Positions 50,865 through 61,132 of a stretch of DNA of 64,000 bases are shown here, in pieces. The notes beneath the pieces are model-generated. The model was not told where the DNA came from and did no database searches. It saw only the letters and a program-made list of their open reading frames with translations. Location of the stretch: the NCBI GenBank assembly GCA_963822965.1, contig CAWGJT010000011.1:64001-128000 (forward strand), read 5' to 3'. Positions within the stretch are counted from its first letter, which is position 1; each line of letters opens with the position of its first letter. The position numbers and the translations under genes were made by a program. Source of the stretch: an uncultured delta proteobacterium. GTDB taxonomy: Bacteria > Myxococcota_A > UBA9160 > UBA4427.

Positions 50865-51338
50865 GAGGCCCCGTTGGAGACCCTGGGCTGCGTGGAGAGG
50901 CTGGGGCGGAGCCCGCTATCAGAAGGCGAAGACCTGCGAGTCCGTCACCGAACCCGTCGCGCCGTCGAAGGAGCGCAGCGTCTGCGTTCAGATCCACCCA
51001 CCGTGAAGCCCGGCGGAACGACCTGAAGCACGCCACCCGGGACGACCAGATCGTGGGATGTGCCCGGTCGAATGGGAACCTCATCCACTTCCCCGTACCA
51101 CTCCTCGATCTGCTCCGTGGTGGGCCGAGAGCCGCCGCCCCGGAAGGCGAGACTGCCGATCCCGACCCATCCTTCAGGGGCGCTACGCCGATAGCATGCG
51201 CTGTGGAACCACCCAGCGCCGGCCAGACGAAAAGAGCGCCACCTTTTCGATTCGACGGCCACCTCCTTCCTACATCGGGCATCCGGCCCCATGAACGCTG
51301 GTCCAGGTCGCTGAGATCCGACCGCAGAGGGGGTTCAC

Positions 51339-52025
51339 GTGATGCTGCGCTCTACGTTCCTGGCCTTGGCGATAGGGATGGCGTGCGTGCTGGGCGCGCC
51401 CGCAGCCCGGTCCGCCACGCTGGACCAGGTCTCGGCGGCCCCCTCCGACTTCGGTGCCTTCCTGGAGGACGTGTCCGGAAGCCTCGGCGAGAACGCCTAC
51501 CAGACGCAGACGTTCACGGTCGGCCTGACCGGCATCCTCGACAGCTTCGAGGTCGAGCTCGGCCTGATCGATCCGGTGGCCGGCACGGTGCACTTCCAGG
51601 TGTACTCGACGACACCCGCGGGTCTGCCCGATCTCCTATCGACGCCGCTCGCCGAGGTCGACCTCGCGTACGACCTGCCGGGCGATACCTCGGAGTTCTT
51701 CCTCGCCGACATCAGGAGCTTCGGCGTCCCGGTCACCGCCGGCGATGTCCTGGCGCTGGTCGGTGTGACGGGCAGCATCGTCTCGACCTCGGGTGATCCG
51801 ACCGTGAACTGGGTCGGCTCGTCGGCGGATCCCTACGCCGGCGGACGCTACAACGCGTTCTTTGCCTCCGACCTCGAGAACCCGGTATCGCCGCTCGACT
51901 TCGCCGCCTACGACCTGAACTTCCGCACCTACGTCGACGTGCCCGAGCCCGCCACCGGCGCACTGCTCGCGCTGGGCCTGCTCGGCGCGGCGCTCGCGCG
52001 CTCGCGCCGCGAGCGGATGCACTAG
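51339..52025 (+). CDS. PEP-CTERM protein
   Basis: Signal peptide, QTFTVGLTG.L, D..FRTYV, VPEP-TM-RSRR. Confidence 0.85.
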   Translation: MMLRSTFLALAIGMACVLGAPAARSATLDQVSAAPSDFGAFLEDVSGSLGENAYQTQTFTVGLTGILDSFEVELGLIDPVAGTVHFQVYSTTPAGLPDLLSTPLAEVDLAYDLPGDTSEFFLADIRSFGVPVTAGDVLALVGVTGSIVSTSGDPTVNWVGSSADPYAGGRYNAFFASDLENPVSPLDFAAYDLNFRTYVDVPEPATGALLALGLLGAALARSRRERMH

Positions 52026-52076
52026 CCCGCTCGAAGCGGTCGAGCTGACGCTGGGCAGAGGTCGACATGCGGTCCA

Positions 52077-53084
52077 CTAGGGCGCCACCTCGATCATCAC
52101 CTTGCCCGCTACGGCCGGGTCGCGCGCGACGTCGAGCGCCTCGTGCAAGCGCTCGAGCGGGAAGCGGTGGGTGATCATCGAGCTCAGGTCGCGGCGGGCG
52201 AGCAGGTCGATGCCGCGCGCGAAGTCGTCCGGATATTCCATCGCGCCGTTGATCTGGAGCTCGCGCATCAGCACGAGCAGGAAGTTGACCTCGATCGGCT
52301 TTCGGTGCAGCGCGACGATCGAGAGCCGCGCCCCGCGGCGGGCGTTGCCGATGACCTCGGGGATCACGATCGGCGCGCCCGACGCCTCGACGAAGACGTC
52401 GGTGGCGGCGACGGGCCCGCCGAAGAAGAGCGTCTCGCCGTGGAGCGCCCGCAGCTCGCGCCAGACGTCGGCCTCGCCGGCATTCACCGTCGCGCGCGCG
52501 CCGAGGGAGCTGGCCAGCTCGAGCCTCTGCGGCGAGAGGTCGATCGCGACGATGTCCTCGCAGCCGCGGTCGCGCAGGGACGCGACGGCGGCGAGGCCGA
52601 TCGGGCCGGCTCCGAACACGGCGGCCTTCTCGTGAGGCTCGACGCGGAGCTTGTCGACGGCGTTCATTCCGACGCCCAGCGGCTCGGCGAGCGCGGCGAG
52701 GTCGAATGGCATCGAGTGGGGAAGCGCGTGAAGCCGGCGGCGGTCTGCGTTCCGAACGAGCAGCCGGGGTGCGAAGCCTCCTTCGGGCCCGCCATTGCCG
52801 ACTGCGCCACCTTCCGGATCACGGGGATCGAGCGCAACCCGGTCTCCCACGGCCAGCGTCTCGACGCCCGGGCCGACCTGCTCGACGACGCCCGCCAGCT
52901 CGTGCCCGATGGGCATGGGCTCGGGCGTCGGCCCCGCGACGCCGCCGAGCGCGATGTAGCCGAGATCGCTGCCGCAGATGCCGCAGGACTCCACGCGCAG
53001 CACGACCTCGCCGCGGCCCGCGATCGGCTCGGGCACCTCGTCGAGACGGACGTCGCCGGGGCCGTGGATTCGTGCCTGGAGCAT
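52077..53084 (-). CDS. Zinc-binding dehydrogenase (MDR)
   Basis: CGICGSD, GHE..G, GAGPIG. Confidence 0.9.
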   Translation of the reverse strand: MLQARIHGPGDVRLDEVPEPIAGRGEVVLRVESCGICGSDLGYIALGGVAGPTPEPMPIGHELAGVVEQVGPGVETLAVGDRVALDPRDPEGGAVGNGGPEGGFAPRLLVRNADRRRLHALPHSMPFDLAALAEPLGVGMNAVDKLRVEPHEKAAVFGAGPIGLAAVASLRDRGCEDIVAIDLSPQRLELASSLGARATVNAGEADVWRELRALHGETLFFGGPVAATDVFVEASGAPIVIPEVIGNARRGARLSIVALHRKPIEVNFLLVLMRELQINGAMEYPDDFARGIDLLARRDLSSMITHRFPLERLHEALDVARDPAVAGKVMIEVAP

Positions 53085-53163
53085 GGGCGTCTTGCCTTCC
53101 TTTCCGGGTTCGTCGTTCGTCTCCGGGGTCGTCGTTCGTCGTTCGGGCCGCCGCGCGTGCCGT

Positions 53164-53913
53164 CTACTTCGCCATGAACCCGCCGTCGACGCAGAGGGTC
53201 GCTCCCGTGACGAATCGCGCCTCTTCGCTGGCGAGGAAGAGATAGGCCGGCGCCACCTCCTCCGGGTGGCCCCATCGGCTCATGGGCACGCGATCGAGCT
53301 CGGCGCGCTCGACCGCCTCCATCCCCTTCATCTTCATGACGGCGGTCATGTTCGTCTCGATCAGGCCCGGCGCCACGGCGTTGACGCGCACGTTCTCCTG
53401 CGCCCACGCGGCACCCATGTTGACGGTCATCTGGACCAGGCCCGCCTTCGCGGCGCCGTAGCCGGGCACGACCGGGACGGATCGGAACGCGGACATGCTC
53501 ACCGTGTTGACGATGCTTCCTCCGCCGGTGAGCGCGCTCGCGGCGAGCAGCGGCTTCAGCTCGACCGCGAGCGTGAAGGCGCTGACCAGGTGCAGCTGGA
53601 GGGCCTGCGCGAAAATCTCGGGCTTCCATTCGTCGAGTGCCGCGAGGTTCGATCCGGCGTTGTTCACGAGGACGTCGAGCGCGTCGAAGCCGGCGGCGAG
53701 CGCGTGGAGCGAGGCCGCGTCGGTCATCTCGGCCTGTCGATAGTCGAAGCGGGAGAGATCGAGGTCGTACTCGCCCGGCGCGGCCCGGCGCCCGGTGATG
53801 GTGACGTCGGCGCGGGCGTCGGCGAACGCGGTGGCGACCGCCAGGCCGATACCGGAGCTCCCGCCCGTCACGAGAACGTGGCGTCCGGTGAAGTCGAAGC
53901 TCGTCGTGGGCAT
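53164..53913 (-). CDS. Short-chain dehydrogenase/reductase
   Basis: TGGSSGIG, NNAG, YGAAK, NAVAPG, VDGG. Confidence 0.92.
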   Translation of the reverse strand: MPTTSFDFTGRHVLVTGGSSGIGLAVATAFADARADVTITGRRAAPGEYDLDLSRFDYRQAEMTDAASLHALAAGFDALDVLVNNAGSNLAALDEWKPEIFAQALQLHLVSAFTLAVELKPLLAASALTGGGSIVNTVSMSAFRSVPVVPGYGAAKAGLVQMTVNMGAAWAQENVRVNAVAPGLIETNMTAVMKMKGMEAVERAELDRVPMSRWGHPEEVAPAYLFLASEEARFVTGATLCVDGGFMAK

Positions 53914-54121
53914 TGGGGCTCCTCTTGGACCTCTCAACGGGCCGCTCACAGGGCCGCGCGCCGAGGTCCGATCGGGTGCCGATCGGCCACCGGAGGCCGC
54001 GCATGATCGCCTCCGCCGGCTTGCTCTTCCACGCCAGGTCGAGGCGACCGCTGTGCGCTGGCCTCTCGGAGCCTGCGAAGGCGCTCCTGCACCCGCCCGC
54101 ATTACGGTCGTCTCATTTAAC

Positions 54122-54135
54122 TTGACGGATGTAAA
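54122..54135. promoter_or_regulatory. Putative TetR operator overlapping a -35-like hexamer
   Basis: Imperfect palindrome TTGAC-GGAT-GTAAA in an AT-rich patch between the divergent SDR and P450-TetR operons. Confidence 0.45.
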
Positions 54136-54175
54136 AGTTGTGGCAGGCTGAGGGGCGCGCGTCCAGGAGGTGCTC

Positions 54176-55375
54176 ATGGCTGAATTTGCCCCCGACCGGA
54201 TCGACTTCTACCAGGGGGATCCGCACGCGGCCTTTCGCCGGCTGCGCGCCGAGGATCCCCTGCACTGGTATGCGGAGGGCCCCTTCTGGTGCGCGACGCG
54301 CCATGCCGAGGTGAGGGAGATCTCGCAGCGCCCGCGCAGCTTCTCCTCGGCGCACGGCACCCAGATGTTCGAGGTCCCGATGCGGGTCGCGGACGGTGCG
54401 CGCCCGATGGAGGAGGCCCCCTCCATCATCCGCATGGACCCGCCCGCCCACAATCGCCACCGCAAGCTGGTGATCGGCGCGTTCACGCCGCGCATGATCG
54501 CCGCCCTCGAGCCCCGCGTGCGCCACCTCGCGCGCGAGAGCGTGGCCGCGATTCGCCCGGGCGAGCCCTTCGACTTCGTCGAGCGGGTCGCCATCCCGCT
54601 GCCCATGTTCGTGATCGCCGAGCTGCTCGGTGTGCCGAAGTCCGACTACGCCACCTTCCGGCGCTGGTCGGATGCGATGATCGAGGCCGGCAGCAGCGGG
54701 CCGAGCGAGGCGTCGATCACCACGGCGGCGGAGCTCTTCGGCTACATGGTCGAGAAGGCCGCCGAGCGTCGGCGCGCGCCGCGCGAGGACGTCCTCTCGA
54801 AGGTCGCGCTCGCCGAGCTCGACGGCGAGCGGCTCTCCGACGCCGAGCTCGGCGTCTTCTGCCTGACGCTCCTCGTGGCGGGCAACGAGACCACCCGCAA
54901 CCTGATCGCGGGCGGGATGCACGCGCTGCTCGAGGATCGTGCGCAGTGGGAGAAGCTCTGCTCCGCCCCGCTGCTACTGCCGAACGCCGTCGAGGAGATG
55001 CTCCGCTTCGTGAGTCCGATCCAGAACTTCGCACGCCGGGTGATGCACGACACGGAGCTCGCCGGTCGCAAGCTTCGCGAAGGCGAGTACGTGGTGCTCT
55101 TCTACGGCTCCGCGAACCGGGACGAAGCCGTATTCGGAGCGAACGCCGAGTGCTTCGATGTCACCCGCCCGGAGGCCGATCGACATCTGGCCTTCGGCTT
55201 CGGCGAGCACCTCTGCCTCGGCGCCTCTCTCGCCAGGCTCGAGGCGCGCGTGCTGTTCGAGGAGCTGATCGCGCGCGGCCCCCGCTTCGCGCTCGCCGGC
55301 GAGCCGCGCAAGCTCCGCTCCACCCTGGTGAACGGCGTGGTCGAGATGCCCGTGGTGTTCGAGGAGGGCCCGTGA
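54176..55375 (+). CDS. Cytochrome P450
   Basis: AGNETT, EEMLR, SANRD, FGFGEHLCLG. Confidence 0.95.
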   Translation: MAEFAPDRIDFYQGDPHAAFRRLRAEDPLHWYAEGPFWCATRHAEVREISQRPRSFSSAHGTQMFEVPMRVADGARPMEEAPSIIRMDPPAHNRHRKLVIGAFTPRMIAALEPRVRHLARESVAAIRPGEPFDFVERVAIPLPMFVIAELLGVPKSDYATFRRWSDAMIEAGSSGPSEASITTAAELFGYMVEKAAERRRAPREDVLSKVALAELDGERLSDAELGVFCLTLLVAGNETTRNLIAGGMHALLEDRAQWEKLCSAPLLLPNAVEEMLRFVSPIQNFARRVMHDTELAGRKLREGEYVVLFYGSANRDEAVFGANAECFDVTRPEADRHLAFGFGEHLCLGASLARLEARVLFEELIARGPRFALAGEPRKLRSTLVNGVVEMPVVFEEGP

Positions 55376-56004
55376 CCGCGCGTGGTGCCGCTCCGACGGC
55401 CGACTGGCCGGCGAGCCCGCCGTCCCCGTTCGTGCGCGCGAGCACGCGCGAGCGACAGCGCGCCGCCACCCGGGAGCGGCTGTTCGCCGCGGCGATCGAC
55501 GAGTTCCGCCGCGAGGGCTTCGAGCGCGCCAGCGTTGCCCGCATCGCGCGCGGCGCCGGCGTCTCGCGGCCGAGCTTCTACGCGCACTTCCCCACCCTCG
55601 ACCACGTGCTGTTCGAGTGGGCCTGGCGCCTCGCCTCCCAGATCGTGCGCAAGCTCGAGGGCGGCACGGACCTGCGCGACACGCTCGATCGTCTCGTCGA
55701 CGCCCTGATCGATGCCGAGCAGGCCGTCGGCGATCCGACGCTGTTCCGCGAGATGATCAGCATCTTCGCTCGCAGAGCGGCCGGCCCCGAGCTCGACGGC
55801 CGCGACATCCCGGTGCTGGGCGAGCTGATGCGCTGCTTCGAGCGGGGCCGGGAGCGAGGCGAGCTGCGCGGCGGCATGCCGGCCGAGCAGGCCGCGCGCC
55901 TCTGCCTGTCCGGGGTGTTCGGTCACCTGCTCGGCGTCGACGTCACGCCGGACGAGCGGCGCGCCGACCTCCGCGCGCTCTTCTCTCTGTACGTGTCCAC
56001 GTGA
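55372..56004 (+). CDS. TetR-family regulator
   Basis: TRERLFAAA..F...GF..ASVARIARGAGVSRPSFYAHF. Confidence 0.9.
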   Translation: MTARGAAPTADWPASPPSPFVRASTRERQRAATRERLFAAAIDEFRREGFERASVARIARGAGVSRPSFYAHFPTLDHVLFEWAWRLASQIVRKLEGGTDLRDTLDRLVDALIDAEQAVGDPTLFREMISIFARRAAGPELDGRDIPVLGELMRCFERGRERGELRGGMPAEQAARLCLSGVFGHLLGVDVTPDERRADLRALFSLYVST

Positions 56005-56123
56005 GGCGACGCCTTGGGGGGTCGCCCGGGTCACCTGCCGGAGCGCCTGCTCTCGGACGCGCTGGCCGACGAGAAGCGTTCGATGCATCCTCTCGAGGGC
56101 GATCCATCGGGGGCTCGAAGAGG

Positions 56124-57359
56124 ATGAGCGGAGAATATCTGCTCGACGGTATCCGCGTCGTCGAGCTTGCGACCTTCGTGTTCGGCCCGGCCGCCGGCAC
56201 GATCCTGGGCGACTTCGGCGCCGACGTCGTGCACATCGAGCATCCGGGGACTGGCGACGCGTATCGCTACCTGCCGCAGCTGAAGCCTCTGCCCGAGTGC
56301 GCGGAGAACTACTGCTGGATCCTGACGTCTCGGGGCAAGAAGTCGATCGCGCTCGACGTGCGCCGCCCGGAGGGTCATGCGGTGGCGATCGATCTCGTGC
56401 GGAACGCCGACGTGTTCATCACCAATCTGCATCCGTCGGTGCTCGAGAAGCTCGGCATGCGCCATGAGGACGTCGCCTCGCTGAACCCGCGGCTGATCTA
56501 CGCCCATGCGACGGGCTACGGGGATCGCGGCGACGAGGTCGAGAAGCCCGGCTACGACGCGACGGCGTGGTGGGCCCGCTCCGGCTTGATGGACGTGGTG
56601 CGGCCGAGCGGCGGAGAATTCGCCCTGGCGACCGCGGCGATGGGAGATCACCCGGGCTCGACCGCGCTGTTCGGCGCCATCGCGCTCGCGTTGTTCGATC
56701 GTGAGCGCACCGGCAAGGGGCGGCGCGTGCGCACCTCGCTGCTCGCGAACGGCGCGTGGGCGAACGCGATCCTGCTGCAGGCCGCATTGTGCGGCGGGTC
56801 GACCTATTCGGCGCCGGCGCGCTCGAGCTCGATGAACGCGCTCGTGTGCCCGTACCTCTGTGCGGACGGTCGCGGCTTGTACCTGGCCATGGTGCAGGAG
56901 GCGGTCGAGTGGGAGCGCTTCACCGAGGCGATCGGCAGGCCGGAGCTGCGCGTCGACCCGCGCTTCGAAGAGCTGCCCGCGCGGCGTGCCAATGCGCCGT
57001 CCCTGGTGACGCTGCTCGACGAGGTGTTCGCCGGCGAGCCTCTGGCGTACTGGCGCGAGGCGCTGGATCGGCACGGCGTGACCTTCGGGGTCATCGCGCG
57101 CGTCGACGAGCTGCCGGACGATCCGCAGATGAACGCCAACGGCGTGTTTCGTCCGGTCGAGGGAGACGACGTGCGACCCGGTCTGCGGACGATCGACAGC
57201 CCGCTCCATCTCGACGGTGTGCCGAAGCGTCCCGCGGCGCGTGCGCCGGCCATCGGGGAGCACGGGCGCGAGGTGCTGGAGTCGCTCGGCTACTCGCGCG
57301 AGCGCATCGACGCGCTCGTGCGCGCCGACGTGTTGCGGGAGCCGGGCTCCGCGGCCTGA
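56124..57359 (+). CDS. CaiB/BaiF (family III) CoA-transferase
   Basis: GIRVVEL, DFGADV, GKKSIALD, NPRLIYA, GYD, AP.IGEH. Confidence 0.92.
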   Translation: MSGEYLLDGIRVVELATFVFGPAAGTILGDFGADVVHIEHPGTGDAYRYLPQLKPLPECAENYCWILTSRGKKSIALDVRRPEGHAVAIDLVRNADVFITNLHPSVLEKLGMRHEDVASLNPRLIYAHATGYGDRGDEVEKPGYDATAWWARSGLMDVVRPSGGEFALATAAMGDHPGSTALFGAIALALFDRERTGKGRRVRTSLLANGAWANAILLQAALCGGSTYSAPARSSSMNALVCPYLCADGRGLYLAMVQEAVEWERFTEAIGRPELRVDPRFEELPARRANAPSLVTLLDEVFAGEPLAYWREALDRHGVTFGVIARVDELPDDPQMNANGVFRPVEGDDVRPGLRTIDSPLHLDGVPKRPAARAPAIGEHGREVLESLGYSRERIDALVRADVLREPGSAA

Positions 57360-57415
57360 AGACGCTTCCATCGCCGCCGACCCGCTAAGCTTCGCGTTCT
57401 GCTCGGAGGCTCGCG

Positions 57416-59515
57416 ATGGGCGAACGCTCGGAGGCGCTGGTCACGGGGGCATCGCGCGGAATCGGCCGCGAGATCGCGCGACTCCTGGCGGAGAACGGCC
57501 ACGATCTCCACCTGGTCGCGCGGGACCGGGAGGCGCTCGAATCGGTTGCCGGGGAGCTGCGACGACGGCCGGGCACCCGGATCGAGACGCATGCGATCGA
57601 CCTCGCCGCGGTCGGTCGAGCGGGAAACGATCGAAGGGACGGCGGGCGCTGGAGCGGAACGTCCCGCCGCCGCGCCGCCCTGGCCCTCGTGCTGGCGGGC
57701 GCGGCCGCGTGCTCGCGCTCTGATCCGGGCACCCCCCAGGCGATCCCGGAACCGACGGTGCGGCTCGTCCACACCTTCGAGCGGGCTTCTCCCGCACCGG
57801 AGCCCGGCGCGAGCGGGGTCGCGAGCATCGCGAACGACACCCGCCCCGTGCTGCGGGGACATCCCCGGGCGCTGCGCGAGAGCGGCGAAGGGGTGGCCGA
57901 GGTCGTGATCCGGACCGACTCCGTCGAGGTGCCGCCGGATGCCTACCTCGCGCTGGGATTCGGAATCCTGCCCGAGGCGGAGAGCCGTGGGCCCGTGGAG
58001 TTCGCCGTGGAGGGATGCACGGCGGAAGCCTGCGAGGTGGAGCTGCGGGACGTCGTCGATCCGGCGTCCGACCCGGGGTGGCGGGACCGCCGGCTCCGCC
58101 TGGACCCGAGCGGGGGCGAGCGCCGGTCGCTTCGGCTCACCGCCCGCTCCCGGGGCGCTCCCTCGCTCCCGGTCTGGGCCCTCCCGAGGCTGTACGCGGC
58201 GGCGGCGCGTCCGGCCGGTCGGCGCAGCGTCATCCTCATCTCGCTCGACACCCTGCGAGCGGATCACCTGAACGCCTATGGATACGCGCGGCCGACGTCG
58301 CCTCGCATGCGCGCGAAGCTCGCTGCCGAGGGCGTGGTCTTCGATGACCTCGTCGCCGCGGCGACGACGACGGGCCCGTCGCACATGACGATCCTGACCT
58401 CGCAACAGCCCTTCGTGCACGGTCTCGGCACGGGGCCGCGCCCGCGCCTCCGGCTTCCGACCCTGGCGGCGGTCCTCCGGTCGCACGGCTTCGAGACCGG
58501 TGCATTCACCGAGGATGCCGCCATCAACTCGCTCCGCGGCTTCGCGGCGGGCTTCGACGAGTTCTACGAGGACAAGGGCGGGGCCGGGACGCAGCCGAAG
58601 GGACAGATCGCCCACACGTTCGCCCGCGGGCTCGCATGGTGGCGCCGGAACCGGGACAAGCCCTTCTTCCTGTTCCTGCACACCTACCAGACCCACGCCC
58701 CCTACCATCCACCCCGGGGCTACGCGCGCCTCGCGAAGGGCCCGAGCCGCGAGGCCCCGTCGGTCCGATGGCTCTCGGCGCAGATGGAGCTGTACGACGG
58801 CGAGATCCGCTACGTGGACGACGAGCTGGTCGGGCTGCTCGAGACCCTCGAGCGGGAGGGCCTCGAGAACACCGTGGTGGTGGTCACCTCGGACCACGGA
58901 GAAGAGTTCGGCGAGCACGGTTTTTGGGGACACGGCGTGACGCTCCACGGCGAGGTCGTGCGGGTGCCGCTCTTCTTCTGGGGGGCGGGCATCCCGGCCG
59001 GCGTGCGGGTGCACGAGTCGGTGGGGCACGTGGACCTGATGCCGACCGTGCTCGAGCTGGCGCGTGTGCCCGTTCCGGACGACGTCATGGGACGGAGCCT
59101 CGTCCCGCTGTGGACGGGGGGCGAAGGGGCCCTGCGTTCGCGGCCGCGCTTCACCGAGACGTGGCAGGGCTCGGGGGTGAACGCCGAGGGGAAGCGGGTT
59201 CGGGTCGCCGCTCCGGCCTTCTCCGTCCAGCAGGGCGATCGCAGGCTCGTCCGCGACGGCGGCCCGAGCCCCGCCGACTACCGCTATCGCTACTACGACC
59301 TCGCGACGGATCCCGCCGAGGAGCGCGACCGCTACGACCCCGAGGACGAGTCGGTCGCCGCGCTGAAGCGCCTCCTCGACGACTATCCCCGCGCCATGGC
59401 CGCCCGCCGCGCCGCGCTCGAGGTCCGCTTCGGGAGCGCCGAGTCGGACGAAGCCCCCCCACTCGACGCCGAGCAGATCCGCAAGCTCCGCGCCCTCGGC
59501 TACGTCGTCGAGTGA
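57416..59515 (+). CDS. Sulfatase-like hydrolase preceded in frame by an SDR N-terminal fragment
   Basis: ALVTGASRGIG start; internal LALVLAGAAAC; ISLDTLRADHL, TTGPSH, TSDHGEEF, LRALGY. Confidence 0.8.
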   Translation: MGERSEALVTGASRGIGREIARLLAENGHDLHLVARDREALESVAGELRRRPGTRIETHAIDLAAVGRAGNDRRDGGRWSGTSRRRAALALVLAGAAACSRSDPGTPQAIPEPTVRLVHTFERASPAPEPGASGVASIANDTRPVLRGHPRALRESGEGVAEVVIRTDSVEVPPDAYLALGFGILPEAESRGPVEFAVEGCTAEACEVELRDVVDPASDPGWRDRRLRLDPSGGERRSLRLTARSRGAPSLPVWALPRLYAAAARPAGRRSVILISLDTLRADHLNAYGYARPTSPRMRAKLAAEGVVFDDLVAAATTTGPSHMTILTSQQPFVHGLGTGPRPRLRLPTLAAVLRSHGFETGAFTEDAAINSLRGFAAGFDEFYEDKGGAGTQPKGQIAHTFARGLAWWRRNRDKPFFLFLHTYQTHAPYHPPRGYARLAKGPSREAPSVRWLSAQMELYDGEIRYVDDELVGLLETLEREGLENTVVVVTSDHGEEFGEHGFWGHGVTLHGEVVRVPLFFWGAGIPAGVRVHESVGHVDLMPTVLELARVPVPDDVMGRSLVPLWTGGEGALRSRPRFTETWQGSGVNAEGKRVRVAAPAFSVQQGDRRLVRDGGPSPADYRYRYYDLATDPAEERDRYDPEDESVAALKRLLDDYPRAMAARRAALEVRFGSAESDEAPPLDAEQIRKLRALGYVVE

Positions 59516-59548
59516 CGGCCGCCCGGCTAGAGTCCGCCCGAGGAAGGC

Positions 59549-60634
59549 ATGCTGCGCGTATTCGGATCACGGATCTCCTACTACACGGGCAAGCTCGAGA
59601 CCTATCTCCGCTTCCGATCGATCGACTACGAGCTGCTCCCGACCGTGGCGCACGACGCCGAGATCCGGGCCGGCGCAGGCACGGTCCAGATGCCCGTCGT
59701 CCGGCTCGAGGACGGGCGCTGGATGTCCGATTCGACGCCGATCCTCGCCTGGCTCGAGGCGCAGCAGGACGCGCCGTCGATCTACCCGCGCGAGCCCGCG
59801 ATGCGCTTCGTCGCGCTCCTTCTGGAGGACTACGCCGACGAGTGGCTCTGGCGGCCCGCGATGCACTACCGCTGGAGTCATCTCCAGGATCGCCAACACG
59901 CGAGCGGCGTGCTGGCCGACGAGCTGCTCGCCGAACGGCGCATTCCGCGCGCCGTCAAACGCTTCCTGCTCACCCGGCGACAGCTCCGTGGCTTCGTCGA
60001 GGGCGACGGCGTCACCGATTCCACTCGGGCCCACGTCGAGCAGGCGTACGGGAACGCGCTCGACCGGCTCGAGACCCTCTTCGCGCAGCGGCGATTCCTG
60101 CTCGGCGATTCGCCGACCATCGCCGACTTCGGATTCATGGGACCGATGCTTCGGCATTTCGGGCAGGACCCCACGCCCGCGGAGATCATGCGGTCTCGCG
60201 CGCCGGGCGTCTACGAATGGGTCGCACGGATGTGGAACAGCCGGGCCAGGGGGACGGCCCCGGAGATTCTCGCGAAGGTCGACACGTCCCTTGCGGAGCT
60301 CCTCGTCGAGGCCTGCGAGACCCACCTGGTGCAGCTGCGCGAGAACGCCCTCGCGTACGACCGCGGACACGCCCGCTACGGCCAGGAGATCCAGGGCTGT
60401 CGATACGCACGGGTTCCGACCTCGCGTTACCGGGTCTGGTGTCTCGAAGAGCTGCGCAGGGAATGGCGAAAGCTCGATGCGGGAGATCGCGAGGACCTTC
60501 GGCGGGTGCTCCCGGAGCCCGAGGCCGCCGTGCTCTGGGAGGAGCCCTTTCCCGCGGCATCGGGCTACGATCCGGAGCGTCGCGCACCGTTCAACCGCGC
60601 CATCAACGTCTTCGGGACGGGCGTGCCGCGTTGA
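59549..60634 (+). CDS. Glutathione S-transferase family protein
   Basis: SYYTGK, MPVV, DSTPI, EDYADEW, FLLGDSPTIADF. Confidence 0.85.
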   Translation: MLRVFGSRISYYTGKLETYLRFRSIDYELLPTVAHDAEIRAGAGTVQMPVVRLEDGRWMSDSTPILAWLEAQQDAPSIYPREPAMRFVALLLEDYADEWLWRPAMHYRWSHLQDRQHASGVLADELLAERRIPRAVKRFLLTRRQLRGFVEGDGVTDSTRAHVEQAYGNALDRLETLFAQRRFLLGDSPTIADFGFMGPMLRHFGQDPTPAEIMRSRAPGVYEWVARMWNSRARGTAPEILAKVDTSLAELLVEACETHLVQLRENALAYDRGHARYGQEIQGCRYARVPTSRYRVWCLEELRREWRKLDAGDREDLRRVLPEPEAAVLWEEPFPAASGYDPERRAPFNRAINVFGTGVPR

Positions 60635-60703
60635 CCGGGGCGCTGCGAGAGGGGCGAGGTTCTGGATCTCCCGCTTGGAAGCGGCGAGGACGACGGGGGC
60701 CTG

Positions 60704-61102
60704 ATGCCGATCTCCTACCAGATCGACCCGAAGCGCCGGCTGGTCATCTCCCGCCCCCACGGCGTCGTTCGGGACGCGGACATGATCGCCCACCAGGAGG
60801 CACTGGCGGCCGATCCCGACTTCGATCCCACGTTCGACCAGCTGATCGAGCCCGACGGCGTCACGGTGTTCGAGGCGAGCACCGCGACGTACCGGCGCCT
60901 GGCCTCGAGCTCTCCCTTCCGGGCGGGCTCCCGCCGTGCCGTCGTCGCCCCCACCGAGATGGGATACGGGCTCTCCCGGATGTTCGAGATGCGGACCGAA
61001 TCCACCGGCAACCGGGTGCGCGTCTTCCGCACGGCCGAGGAGGCGCGCCGCTGGCTCTTCGACTCCGAGCCCGAGCCCGAGCCCGAGCCCGGGCGCCGTT
61101 GA
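60704..61102 (+). CDS. Small STAS/SEC14-like hypothetical protein
   Basis: RAVVAP..GYGLSRMF..RVFRT.EEARRWL; EP repeats at the C-terminus. Confidence 0.65.
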   Translation: MPISYQIDPKRRLVISRPHGVVRDADMIAHQEALAADPDFDPTFDQLIEPDGVTVFEASTATYRRLASSSPFRAGSRRAVVAPTEMGYGLSRMFEMRTESTGNRVRVFRTAEEARRWLFDSEPEPEPEPGRR

Positions 61103-61132
61103 GCCTCGAGCCGGCCCCTGGGAGCGAGGTCG

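Noticed and set aside
61064..61092. (GAGCCC)n repeat
   Set aside because: Encodes a low-complexity EP tail.
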